Of a stretch of 64,000 bases of DNA, positions 24,713 to 37,019 are shown piece by piece. The stretch spans positions 488,292,958-488,356,957 of the forward strand of contig NC_133617.1 in the NCBI RefSeq assembly GCF_048593235.1, in the 5' to 3' direction. Position numbers and translations under genes: made by a program. Source of the stretch: Sminthopsis crassicaudata (taxonomy: Eukaryota). The notes under the pieces are model-generated. The model saw nothing but the letters and a program-made list of their open reading frames with translations. It had not been told where the DNA came from and did not search any database. Each line of letters opens with the position of its first letter. Positions within the stretch are counted from its first letter, which is position 1.

Positions 24713-25724
24713 AAATAAAATTAATAAATGCTCATCCAAATGGGATTGAAGGAGCACTATCTGGATTTAGATTCAATATGTAATTCATTGTATTACAGAG
24801 AAAGAAATCCACCAAATCTCTAAGTGACACTTCAAAGGTATCAGTTACCCTGTTTAATTGTGGATCGTCAAAGCTAGTTTGGTTCTTGACCTCCCCAGTC
24901 TTCCCAAGAAGATGGTAACTCTTATGCCCTCTTATTTTGGATTCACCTATTTGCACAATTCAGCTTAGGCTCCATTAATTAAGAGGCCCTAGGCCTCAAG
25001 TCTCAAACTATCTGACCATGCTTCCTTCACATTCCATCCAAACCATCTTGTTATCCATCTAGCCCTCTGGCTCATTTTCCACAATTGGGAACAGCACTTC
25101 AGGTCCAGACCCATCAGAGATCACAAACACATCCCTCTTCCTTCCAGTTTCTGGAGGAATTAATGCACTCTGTTTTGGGGGCAGGGAAGGTCTGAGCTTC
25201 CAGATGAGAGTAACCCCACTAGACCCAAGCATTATCTTGCCACCTACTATGTAGCTTGCAGTATTTATACCCATTCCCAATGCATTCCCTATCTAGTGTG
25301 AAATTTACCTCTTGTCCTTGAAATAGCGATTTAATCAACATTACTATTGTTTCTGGAAAAGGAGTGTCTCCTGCTTCAACTCAGGCCAAGGCAAAGCTTG
25401 GAGGACAGAGTCTCAGCCTCAAAGCAAGGACCCACCATTGACACACACTAGCTGATGAGCCTGAGCAAGTCAACTTAATCTCTTAGAATTCAAAACATTT
25501 CTCAAAAATAAAGGTTATGTAGCAAGACTTACATGAACTGACATAAAATGAAGTGAGAAAAAGGAGAACATTGTACACAGTAAAAGCAACATTGTATGAT
25601 CATCAGCTATGAATGACTTAGCTTTTCTCAGAAATATAAGGAACTAAGCCAATCTATTCTTTCCCTATGTCCCCCCTCCCCCCCTTTTGGTCTTTTTCTT
25701 CTTTCACAATATAACTAATTTTTT

Positions 25725-26240
25725 TGTGATTGAGTATATATCAGGGATTTTTAAACCTTTTCCACTTATGTGGGACAGCGATCCAAATTAAAATCAGAGA
25801 CTCTCAAGTTAAAATGAAAAAAAAAAAATTTATTACAATCTCTCTAGAAAGGGCAACTTCCAACAGACAAGGTGTCAGTGGAGGAGTGCAAAGCAAAAAC
25901 CTGTAAAACACAAGATTAAATATACCCTAAACACAGAAGCCACCCAGTTTTGTATTCTGAATATAGAACTCTGTCCCAGAAACAAAAGAATAAATAACAA
26001 ACTTTTTTTTTTTTTTTTTTCTGAGGCAATTGGGATTAAGTGACATGCCCAGGGTCACACAGTTAGGAAGTGTTAAATATCTGAGGCCATATTTGTACTC
26101 AGATCCAACTGACTTCAGGGCTGGTGCTCTATCCACTGTGCCACCCAGCTGCCCCCAATACCAAGCTCTTAATTAAAATTTCCTAGAGAACTGCAATTCT
26201 AGCAGATATTCTTGAATGAGAGAATTCTGTTAACTGAAGT
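25725..26240 (-). mobile_element. LTR-like fragment containing a WSINE1-like insertion (26003..26156)
   Basis: A TTTATT sits in an LTR-like context. The SINE has an approximate TSD (aataacaaac/aataccaagc). LTR boundaries are uncertain. Confidence 0.5.
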
Positions 26241-26255
26241 TCCAAAGCCATCATC

Positions 26256-26286
26256 ACCTTTAAAAGAAGTACTTAAATGCTAACTA
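26256..26286. repeat. (TG)n microsatellite
   Basis: Direct observation. Confidence 0.95.
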
Positions 26287-26292
26287 TGAGGC

Positions 26293-26329
<37 letters not shown>

Positions 26330-26489
26330 AATAGGAAGAGAAATGTTTATCCAGGATAAATGAACACCTGCAGCTTTTTAGCTATAGCTCAACTTGTTAG
26401 TTCAAGATCACATTCCCAGAGAGGTCTTCACTCAGTTTATCTTCAGTTTATCCCATTCACACTTGTGACTCTTTTTCACCTGAGAAATT

Positions 26490-27285
26490 TTTACATGACC
26501 CTGAGAATATATGCATATAAATAAAGTATACAATTGATTCAAATGAGTTCCAATTGTCCAGTAATGAAGAGGGCCATCTACACCCAGAGGGAGGACTATA
26601 GGATCTGAGTGTGGACCACAACATAGCATTTTTCACTCTGTTAATGTTTGCTTGCATTTTTGTTTTTCTTCTCAGATTTTTTCTTTCTAGATCAGATTTT
26701 TCTTTTGTAACAAGATAATGTAATGCCAGAGCAACTGAGGCAAAAGAGAGATTAGAGAGTTTTTAATATTTTATTTGAGAGGGAGAGATTGTGCTGGGAG
26801 CATGTTGCCCCCCAGGGCTGATGTCTTAAAGCATCCAGCAAGGAATATGAATTCTCAATAACATCTAAGCTCCGGTAGCTAAACAAAGGCGAGGGTGGGG
26901 GTGGGGGAGGTGGAGTCCAAACTCTGGTGATTTTTTGCTACTACAAAAAGAGCTACTATAAACATTTTTGCATATGTGGGTCTTTTCCCCTCTTTTATAA
27001 TTTCCTTGGGATTTAGACACAGTAGTAACACTGCTGGGGCAAAGGATATGTTCAGTTTCATAGCCCTTTGGGTCTATGCCCAAACTAAACTGCTCTCCAG
27101 AAAGGTTGGATCATTTCACAACTCCACCAATGCCTTAGTGTTCCAGTTTTCCCACATCCCTTCCAACATTTATCTTTTCCTGTCATTTTAGCCAATCGGA
27201 GAGATGTGAAGTGATATCACTATCATTTCTCTAATCAGTAACGATTTAGAGCATTTTTTTCATATTTCATAATTTCATCATCTGA
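26490..27285. mobile_element. Nested L1 3' fragments (+ and -) with an LTR-end fragment at about 26719..26930
   Basis: L1 3'UTR motifs, minus-strand KGPT(Y)AKMF motifs, and a TG-started segment with TTTATT. Confidence 0.6.
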
Positions 27286-27289
27286 AACC

Positions 27290-27590
27290 TCTTAAATCAT
27301 TAGAATTCAATGTATGCAACACCCCCCTCCCACTATTCCTCAATTTTACATCTGAGCCATAAAATTAGCCTGTCAGTGACTTGAAGAACTTGATCTTTGT
27401 TTTTCCCATAAACTTTTCTTGCTCCTGTTTTTTAGCTAAATTCCAAGGGAATTTAGCCAACTTTTAGCAGCATAATAAAATTTTGCCCCTTAATATAGAA
27501 ACAGATTGAGTCTGTGAATTCTTTGGCCTTACTAGAAAGAGACACCAACTTGGGGACCTTAATATTATTGGGTTGTCTTCTGCCTCAACA
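27290..27590 (+). mobile_element. LTR family A, 5'-truncated copy
   Basis: Shares gagtctgtgaattcttt...acttggggacc.taatatt.ttgg...CTCAACA with the 31061..31399 copy. Confidence 0.75.
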
Positions 27591-28114
27591 TTCTCATACC
27601 TCCTACTCTTTGGAACTAAACTTTTTTTTTTTTTTTTTTTCCATTTTTTTCCCCAAACTTGTGCTTTGTAATTTTGCAATATTTATTTTTCAATAAGTAT
27701 TTATTAAGCACCTATTGTATACAAAGGACTGTGCTAAGCACCTGGTAAGATACAAGGCTTTGATCAGATATACTAAGATACAAGGCTCATAGAAGTAAGA
27801 GTCATAGGTATTCGACAAACAGAGAAAACTATGATATACTATTGATATATATGATATACTACAAGGTAAATGTACAAACCTGTTTGCTCCATATAAGACA
27901 AAGCAAAAACAATTATCTGCATTTTACAGATGGTAAACTGAAAGACCTGAAAGGATGAGTAATTACCGGTTCAAGGTCACACAATACACAGTCAATTTTC
28001 AGACATATTCAGGAGTGATACTCAGATCTTCCTGACTAAACCCATGATATCACAGGATATGTTGCAGTGGCTCTGCCTGGTGATAGAGTTCAGAGAAAAG
28101 AGGGAATACAAGCT

Positions 28115-28470
28115 CTAAGAGAAGAGGTGGAACCTTGAAGGAGAAGTAGAGCTTAGATAAGGAAGAGGGAGGGAGGAACTGCTCTGGAAGATTGGAAGGG
28201 AAAGAAGGAATGAAGCTAGAGAATGGAGAGATAAAAAAGGAAAGAGGAAGGAAGGTTGGAAGAGGGGAAAGGAGGGATGAAGAGAGAAAAGGTGGGACAA
28301 AGGAAGAAAAAGAAAGGATGGAGGAAAGGAAAAGAGATGAAGCTGAGAAAAGGAGAGAGGGAAGAGGAAAAAGGAGGGGAAAGGCAAGTTGGAAAGGGAG
28401 AAAGGAGGGATGGATGAAGCTGTGAAAAAGAAGAAGGACGGGAAAAGAGAGTGTCTGTGGGGGTCAGTAG
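28115..28470. repeat. GA-rich polypurine tract upstream of the ZNF771 promoter
   Basis: About 350 bp of almost pure A/G on the plus strand. Confidence 0.9.
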
Positions 28471-28599
28471 CACAGCACAGTCTCGAAACGTCGGAGCCAG
28501 AAGAGGCCGTTAAAGGCCACCGGTCTAATTCCACGTGCTCCTTTTACAGTGGCAGTGACTTCGCCAAGGTCACAGGGTGGTAAGGGGAAGAGCTAGGCT

Positions 28600-29400
28600 T
28601 CTAAGCCAAGCGTGCCGGTCCAGCTTTTTCCGGGGCACGTCTCCTGTGGGTTGCGGCGGGAGGACGGGTGTGCCCAGGTAGCAGCCCCTTTGGCAGGGAC
28701 GCGGTACAGGGGTAGCCTCCGAGCAGAGCTAGGGTCAGCTGGGTCCGAGCAGCTGAGCGATCCCACGCCCCGGAGAGTTCGAGGAAGGGGGAGGGAAGAA
28801 CAGAAGGGGGCGGGGACGCCTGGGTCAGCTCTTAGGCCGGCTCGCGCGCTCCTCCCTCCCTAGCGAGGCGGGGCGGGGCCGGAGGAGGCGGGGCCCTCGT
28901 GCTGTGGCCAATCGGCAGCGTGCTCCCCGGCACCGCCCCCAGACCCCGGCCCCAGGCCCCCGGCCCGGAGCGCTCGTAGATCCTTGGCTGCTGCTGCAGC
29001 CTCGGCCTCGCGTGCGCCCGGACACCGGGGTCCCCCGCGCAGTAGCAGCAGTGGGCGGCGGCTCGGTGAGTCTCCCGCCCCCTGGCCCTTGGCCTTGGCC
29101 TCGGCCGCGTCTAGCAGCCCCGCTTCCGGGGGCTTGGGGCGGACCCTTCGCTGGCCGGGAGGAGAGGAGGGGAAGCAAGGAGGGAAGCAAGGAGGGGGCC
29201 GGGAAAAGAAGGGAGAAGGACGGGGGCGGAGGGGGCGTGTGACTCAGTCTTGGGGGAGGAGAGGCCCTGGGAGAGAGGGTCTTTGGGAGAGGGGAGCAGG
29301 GGGAGGGGCCTAGAGTGAGTCCGGAGAGGAGAGCTGGCGGGGAGGGGGGCCGCGGGGAGGAGAATGGGCCGAAGGGAGAGTTCTAGGGGGAGGGAACAGC
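28600..29400 (+). promoter_or_regulatory. ZNF771: CpG-island promoter and non-coding exon 1 of ZNF771
   Basis: GC boxes at about 28866..28893, CCAAT at 28908..28912, donor CG|GTGAGT at 29066, and downstream acceptor ctctcag|G at 29484. Confidence 0.8.
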
Positions 29401-29493
29401 GAGAGAGGGCCTGAAAGCTGGGGGAGGGGAAGCTTGGTGGGTTCTTGCTTTTGAATGTCGGACTCCCTGTCCTCTGCCTCTCAGGTACTGGCC

Positions 29494-29506
29494 ATGCCGG
29501 GAGAGC

Positions 29507-29537
<31 letters not shown>

Positions 29538-29649
29538 GGAAGAGAGAGAGATGCAGGAAGAGATGGTTCTGCTGGTGAAGGGCGAGGAAGAAGAGGGTGA
29601 GGAGAAATATGAAGTGGTCAAGCTGAAGATTCCAATGGATGGCAAAGAG
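29494..29649 (+). CDS. ZNF771: ZNF771 first coding exon (acidic N-terminus MPGEQ-E12-REMQEEMVLLVKGEEEEGEEKYEVVKLKIPMDGKE)
   Basis: ATG at 29494 (gccATGc) and donor GAG|GTAGGT at 29650, phase 0. Nearly identical to the human ZNF771 N-terminus as I recall it. Confidence 0.93.
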
Positions 29650-31060
29650 GTAGGTCCTCCGGTATGCACGCGCACGCCCTCCCTCCCCCCCTCACCAGGC
29701 TGCAGGCCTGGCCATCCCCTCGTTCCAGGGGTCTTTGTATCTTTCTCCCTCCGTATTTCTATGTTGTTTCACTCCCAGCGGGATGGCCAAGAAACTAAGG
29801 AGATGTTTTCTGTGGGCCCCACTGGCAGAATGATCTGGGGAGGAACTGGCCCCGTGTAAGCAGGGTCTTGTTTTCCTATTAGCCCTGTCTTTCAGGCTTT
29901 GCTTCGTTTGTGCCTGGTGTGCACCCACTGTCTTGGCCGGTGGCCCCCAAGGCATGGGCTTCAATCCCATTAACTGTGACTCTGGGACCCCATTCTACAG
30001 TCTAACCTCAGGCTCTCTTGCTGTAGTCAGCACTAGCACTGCTCATCATGCTTTGCCCTACAGGAAGGTCAGGCAGCCAGTGTTGGAGCCTCTGCCTTGT
30101 GTGCCTGTGCTGTCCTTAGTGAGCATTGTGGGGGAGACCAGAAGTGGCTTGGCTTCTAGGAGGGAGTATGAGATAAGCGACTGGAGTCGGGAGCTACTGA
30201 TACTTTCTGGAACTTAACTGGAGGGAAGGAGGAAGATAAGACATACTAATACCCTGAGGTGGGGCAAGGGCAGGGCTGGGGGAGGGTAGGGGATGCTGCT
30301 GCTAATGGCTCTACTTGAGGTTCTAGACAGACAAATGAAACACTTTGCAACCCTGTGATGCACTTACCGTGTATTTTTATATGTTATAGTCATCTCTTAC
30401 CCCTGCTAGACTAGATGCTACTTGAGGGTAGGAACTGTGTCTTATCTAAACTCTGTATTCTTTTATCCTTCCCCCTAGTTAACATAATCATATTCTGTCC
30501 CCTGGAGGTTCTTAATTATAATCATTTCTTGAACTGAGATATGAGGTAACTAAAGTACAAACTGCAAAATGCCCAGGAGATGTTGTGAAAAAGCAAATCA
30601 GGGTGAAGTTCTTGGAGAAGGTAGACCATGAACTGGATCTTGAAAAATGGGTATATAAAATCATTTCTGAAAGACTTGTTAACCTGACACTCTCTGGAAG
30701 AAATTGAGGTCCAGAGATAGAATAGGATTCAATAATAATTGATGAACAAGCATTTATTAAGTACTTACTTTGTGTAAGTAAAGTTTTGTGCCAAAACAGA
30801 GTTTGTATTTTATCCCAGAGGCAATAGGGCAATAGTGGCTACTGCAGCTTCTTGAGGAGGAAGAGTATGGTCAAACCTGCAGTATTATTTTGGCAGGTGG
30901 GTGTAAATAGAATTGAAGAGAAAAAAGACTTGAGTCAGGGGTATAAGTAGAGGCCGTTTAGAAGATGAGGGACTAACCTAGGATGATTAGTATGAGTAGA
31001 GAAGAGACAGATCAAAGAGATATCAAGGAAATGGAATTGACAAGCTTTGACAGTTGATTA

Positions 31061-31399
31061 TGATGAGGTGTGAGAATATATTACTGATAAACTCTAAGGC
31101 TGCCCAGCCCTGGCGGTGCCACAAACAATGCTGGCTGTCAGAGAACAATCTGTTGGTTAAAAAGCCATAGAATTAAATATTGGGAACTATCTCACCCTTA
31201 CCACTCCTCAATTGTACCTCTAAGCCTATTAGTGACTTCTTTCCTGTAAAATTATCTTGTTTCTGGCTCTTTGCTAAATTCCCCCCAATAAATCTTTGCT
31301 CTTTAATTTAGAGACAAACTGAGTCTGTGAATTCTTTAGTTATACCTGTGACACTGACTTGGGGACCCTAATATTGTTGGGATATCTTCCATCTCAACA
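31061..31399 (+). mobile_element. Intact solo LTR, family A (339 bp)
   Basis: TGATGAG...CTCAACA termini, 4-bp TSD ATTA (31057..31060 and 31400..31403), AATAAA near 31287, inserted into an L2. Confidence 0.85.
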
Positions 31400-32129
31400 A
31401 TTAGATATGCAAAGTTAGCAAAAGTAACTTCTTTGCTATAAACCCTTGTAATCATGAGAATGGTGGTATCCTAAACTGAATCAGGGAAATAAGGAAGAGA
31501 GGTGAATTTAGGAGGTAAACTAATAAGTTCTGTTCTACACATAAGTTTGAGATGCTTATGATATACCCAAGTCAAGGTGATAAGGGCTAAGTATGAGGTC
31601 AGGCAGGCAGTTGGAGATGCAGGACTGGAGCTCACCAGCGTGATGAGGGCCAAATATATAGGAAAGAAGGAAGGTAGGAAAAAAAAACCTTTATGTAGCA
31701 CCTACCATGTGCTAGGCACTATGCTAAACATTTTGCAAATATTATTTCATTTGATCTTTAGAATAACCCTGAGTATTAGGTTCTGTTATCCTCATTTTAC
31801 AGTTGAGAAAACTGAGGTAGATGGAATCTAAATGATTTGACCTAGTTACACAGTGTCTGTGACTGGATTTGAACTCAGGTCTTCCTATTCCAGGCCTAGC
31901 ACCATATCTACTATAACATCTAGCTCCCTCTAGATATAATCATATTCCATCTCCTGAATGGACATTTGTAGTGAATGATCTTAAGCCAAGAATACTCTCA
32001 TTCTCACCCTTGCCACCTTGATTCTCTGGCTTACTTTAAAACTCAAATCCCACTTTCTGCAGTAGGTCTTTTTTGGTCCTCCCTCCTTCCCTCTGAAATT
32101 ACCATTTACACTGTATGTATTTTATATGT

Positions 32130-32439
32130 GAAGCAACTTGTAGAGCAACTAGTAAACCTGCAATCAGGAGGACTTATCTTCCTGAGTTCAAATCCAGCCT
32201 CAGACACTCACGTCCTGTGTGACAGTAGGCAAGACAGTAGGCAAGTCATTTTACTCTGTTTACCTCAGTTTCCTCATCTGTAAAATGAGATGGAGAAGGA
32301 AGTGGCAAACCATTCTACTATCTTTGCTTAAAAAACACTAAATGGGGTCAGAAAGACTTGACTGAAACAACCAAATGAATCTCATATGTAACTTTGCATG
32401 TTGTCTTCTGCTTATAATGTGAGTCAGGGAATGCAGTTT

Positions 32440-32470
<31 letters not shown>

Positions 32471-33235
32471 CACACTGCCTAGCATCTAGCAAGTGCTTAA
32501 TAAATATTTCTTGATTAAGAGCCTTCTGCCTAATAATATGCTTGACTCCATGAGAATGAGAATAGCGATGAGATGACTAAGGAAAAGAATATAAAAAATA
32601 GGAGATAGCCAGGGTAAATCTTTGGTGTACACTCTCAGAGAGAGAAGAGTTGGAAGATTGTTACCTATAAAGAAGACAGAGAAGGAATGGGCTGATAGGT
32701 AGGATTACCCTAACATAAAAGGGGAGCAAAACTTAGAGAGGAGTGAATATGCAGAAGGAGGGTGCTTTTCACAGTGTCACAAGAGGTACAGAAAGATGAG
32801 AATTGAAGAAAGTACACTGGATTCAGCAGTCGAGATCATGGGTAACCTTGGAGAGAGCAGCTTTAGTCAAAGTATTAAATGGGAAGTGAGAAAGGAGAAT
32901 CAATGAGTATTGGCAGCTTTCTCCCCCCCCCCCCAAGTTTAGCTATAAATGTGAGAAGAATTATTATAATATTTTGAGGGGATGGTAGGGTCATCCAGGT
33001 GACAGCTAAATAGCAAATTGGATAGAGCACTAGGTATATAGTCCAGAAGACCTGAGTTCAAATATGGCCTTAGATACTGGCTGTGTTACCCTGGGCAAGT
33101 CACTTAACTCTGCCTGCCTCAGTTTCCCCATTTGTAAAATGAACTGGAGAAGGAAATGGTAAACCACCCCAGGATCTTTAACTCCAAAGGAGTCACAAAG
33201 AGTCATATTGGACTATTGGAATGACTGAACAATGA
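32130..33235 (+). mobile_element. Two MAR1/MIR-core SINEs (about 32130..32380 and 32996..33235) among L2 pieces
   Basis: Core motif ctcagtttcc(t/c)cat(c/t)tgtaaaatga...tggagaagga..tgg.aaacca. Confidence 0.75.
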
Positions 33236-34370
33236 GTCACAGAGTCAGTGTGATAGAGCAAGAACTGGGACCCAGGTCATGTATCTCTAGATTAATTGTG
33301 CTTTTTCCAGGTTCCATAGACCAGGGAAGAGGACAACACACACTGAACACATAACAGGAATTCAAATTTGACAAACATTTATTAAGCACCTCCTGTGTGG
33401 AGAGAGAGCATGGTGCTAGTTGGGATAAACAATTTAGATTAAACATAGACTTTTGCTTCATGGAGCTCACAGTCAGGTAGTGGTCCCCTAGACTAACCCC
33501 TAGCCCAAATAAAATTCTCCTTACAATTCATAACTTCTTCTACTATACATCACTGTTCCCTATTTTTATTCCTCTAGGCTAAAGAATCTGTATTTATACT
33601 CTTAATTAGAGTCCAGTTCAACCTTAGAGGTCTTCTTGTTTGTGGTGTCAGACTTAAAATAGAAAAGGAATCTTGCACATTTTATATTGACTTGGAAAAC
33701 CACAACTTAATATTATCTGCTTTGTATTATATTTTTATTTTAATCTGGTTCAGGCTTTTCCCTAGAGTTGTCACCTCTTAAACTAGTCCAATCTTCTGCC
33801 CATATAGGAATTTCCTTTAGAGGATCCTTCACACATGGATATCCAGTTTCAGCTTAAACACCTTCTCTTATAGGGAGCTCACTGCTGCACAAAGTAGTCT
33901 GTTCCATTGTTTGACAGCTTGGACTACTAGAAATGTCTTCCCATATGAAATTGAAATCTGCCTCCTGATAACTTCCCCTCATTGGCCCTGGTTCTGCCTT
34001 CTGGTGCCAGCAAAAACAATTCTATTCTCTTTTCCCACAAAATAGCCCTTAAGATCCTATAAATATCATTCAATTTAATAAACTTTTTTTTTTTTTAAGG
34101 CTGAAGTATTAGTTTATCCTGATTGTGTGCTATCACATTATTTTAAAGAAATTTTACGTCATTTAATTGATAACCCTCTTTGTTATTGCAGTACTCTCAT
34201 TTCACTAATATATTTCATTCTTTTGCCCTACCCATTGATCTCCCTCTCTTATAGCAAAGTTTTTTGTTTTTTTGTTTTTTTTAATGTAGCAAAACTAACC
34301 AGTATATCAGTTGTATTTGTTGACTTATGCAACATTTGTAGTCCTCCACCTTCATCTCTCCTTATGAAAG

Positions 34371-34760
34371 TGTTGAGACTGGAGACACCCAACAATCTAA
34401 CAATATTAGGGTCCCCAGGTTGGTGTTATGGGTAAGGTGAAATAATCTGCAAACTCAGTTTGTCTTTTATGTTAAGGGGCAAAGGTTTATTATAATTGTA
34501 ATTCCAATTGAAGTGGGCTGAAATTCTAAGGGAGTTTAACAAAACAGAAGACACAAGAAGACAGTTTTATAGGAAAGAGAAACAAAAATCAGATAGAGGT
34601 ACAATTAAGGAGTGGGGTAGGATGGAACAGTTCCCATCATTGAATTCTATGGCTTATTGGCCAGCAGATTATTCTCTGACAGCCAGCATTGTTTGTGGCA
34701 CTCCCAAGGCCAGGTATTCTGAGGGTTTCTCAGAAATTGCTACATTCTCCCACCTCATCA
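34371..34760 (-). mobile_element. Intact solo LTR, family A (390 bp)
   Basis: Plus-strand ends TGTTGAG...CACCTCATCA, 4-bp TSD AAAG (34367..34370 and 34761..34764). Reverse-complement homology to 31061..31399. Confidence 0.85.
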
Positions 34761-35025
34761 AAAGGAAAAAAAATACATTTTCTCAATTTTCTTAGGCCAA
34801 CCATCATTATAATTATACAGCATTCAGTTTCACTGTTTTATTCTTTCCACTTACGTTATTGTAGTCATGTACTTTTTCTACCTCATTTTCCTAGTTCATT
34901 TTATATCAGTCCTTAGAGTTTTCCCATATTTCTCTGAATTCTTCATATTTGTTATTTCTTACAGCCTGAGAATATTCCAGTACATTTATCTTTGATAATT
35001 TGTTCAACTGTTCCCCATTAATATT

Positions 35026-35175
35026 TTTTTTTTTTTTTTTTGCTGAGGCTGGGGTTAAGTGACTTGCCCAGGGTCACACAGCTAGGAAGTGTCAAGTGTC
35101 TGAGATCAGATTTGAACTCGGGTCCTCCTGAATTCAAGGCTGGTGCTCTATCCACTGCGCCACCTAGCTGCCCCC
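35026..35175 (-). mobile_element. WSINE1-like SINE (young)
   Basis: Perfect 14-bp TSD tccccattaatatt (35012..35025 and 35176..35189). Confidence 0.9.
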
Positions 35176-35297
35176 TCCCCATTAATATTTCTAAGTATTT
35201 ATTGTCTGTGTGCAGGGCACTGTCCCTCTGTCTCTCAAATCACTTTTTAAAATATGGCTTCTAGATCTGAATGTAATACTTCAGATGGAGGATTCCA

Positions 35298-35684
35298 TTT
35301 TTTTTTTTTTTTTAAACCAAGTTAAGGAGCAAAGTTTATTATAATTGTAATGCCAATTGAAGTGCTCTAAGTTCCAAAAGAATTTAGCAAAGAACCAAGA
35401 GCAAGAAGATAAAGTTATAGGAAAAAGATGGAGAGATCTGGTCTTTTATGTCATTGATATGCTAATTTTGTGACTTAGAGGTAGAATTGAGGAGTGGTCT
35501 TAGAAGTGGAGTTGAATATTGAATTCTAGGGCTTAGAGGTGGAGATTATTGAATTCTGTAGCTTAGATTATCTCAGAAATTTTGTTATCACTAATCAATA
35601 GATTGTTTTCTGACAGCAAGCATTGTTTGTGAGACTCCTGATGCCAGATGGCTTCATTTGGGGTGAAGGGAGGAAGGTCTCATC
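35298..35684 (-). mobile_element. LTR family A copy lacking U5 and ending in poly(A)
   Basis: Homologous to 34371..34760 from the U3 end to just past AATAAA, where U5 is replaced by a T run on the plus strand (35298..35313). Confidence 0.65.
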
Positions 35685-36751
35685 TTCTGGCGCTGCTTCA
35701 GGCTAATATTTTGTTATTATATTCAGTATATGATATATGGGAACATAATTCTGTAAAACATGATGATTATGAAGAATTCAGAAAAGCATGCACTTATGGA
35801 AGTTCTGAAAAGTGAAGCAAGCAGAAACATGATAACCACAATGATATAGAGAACAACAACAAAAAAGAGTGCTATTGCCTAGCTTCCCAGTTTGTGGATT
35901 CCCTCTTTCAAACCTAGTTCATGGAAATCCCTTTAAGAAGCATTCCCTGAATGATTCCTGTTCCCATCTATATCTTATCCCTATTGTCCTGGTCATACTC
36001 AGATATAGGCTGACCAACTCAGAGTACAGTGGAATTGTCATTTCATTTCATTTCATTTCATATGGACATTATATTAACATAGCCTAAGATCTCATCACCC
36101 TTTTTTGCAGCTTTTTCATGTCTTTCTAATACTGACTTTATGGTCAACTCACATACTCAGATCTTTCTCATAGGAATGCCTCTTGCTCTCACTTCATTCT
36201 TAAATGACTTATTTCTTGAACTTAAGAATAAGGTTTTACTATTAGATCTATTAAATTTCATTTCATTAAATTTAACCTAGCAAACCTGTTGAAGCCTGGT
36301 TCTGTTATCCATTGACTCAAGTCTTCTTCCCACTTTCTTGTTATTTGAAGATTTGCTTATAGGGTGGTTGTACCATCACTGAATTGTTCCATTTCTAAGA
36401 TCGTGAACTATAAAATTCCTTTACTTAACAAAAAACTCTTACCCTTCCATCTTCTCCCATTATTTTTTCTTAATTTTCTTCATAATTTAGTTCCTCTTCA
36501 TCTCTATTTTCTCAATCTTTCAGCTCCTATTTTAGCCTTATATCCTTTCCCCAAAATCTATATCACTATTCTTCAACCTCTCCTAAGAACTCTCTATTTC
36601 CATCTGCTTAGTAAACACCTTCATTTGGCTGACCACAATGGAACCTGAAACTAAGCATGATGGTACATATTTTTTTTATCAAATATTTTACCAAAATTTA
36701 TAGTTTTTTTTTCTAATAAGTCTTTTGTTATTATTTATGTATAGGAATGCT

Positions 36752-36752
<1 letters not shown>

Positions 36753-36813
<61 letters not shown>

Positions 36814-36826
36814 ACACATACACACA
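36753..36826. repeat. (CA)n microsatellite
   Basis: Direct observation. Confidence 0.95.
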
Positions 36827-37019
36827 CCATCCTCAAGCTCAAAATCTTAAAATTATTTCTGACCACTTCTCCCATCCAAGTCTTATTCAAGTTTAGCTTA
36901 AGCCACACCTTTGCCACATCTTTTATCATTAGGCCTTCCTTGCTATTTTAATTGCTATTTCAATTTAGATTCTTTACTACCCCTTGCCCAGATTTTTTGT
37001 TGTTGTTTTTTTAATTTTG

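Noticed and set aside
28115-28583. Phe/Ser-rich and Lys/Glu/Arg-rich ORFs
   Set aside because: Translations of the GA-rich tract.
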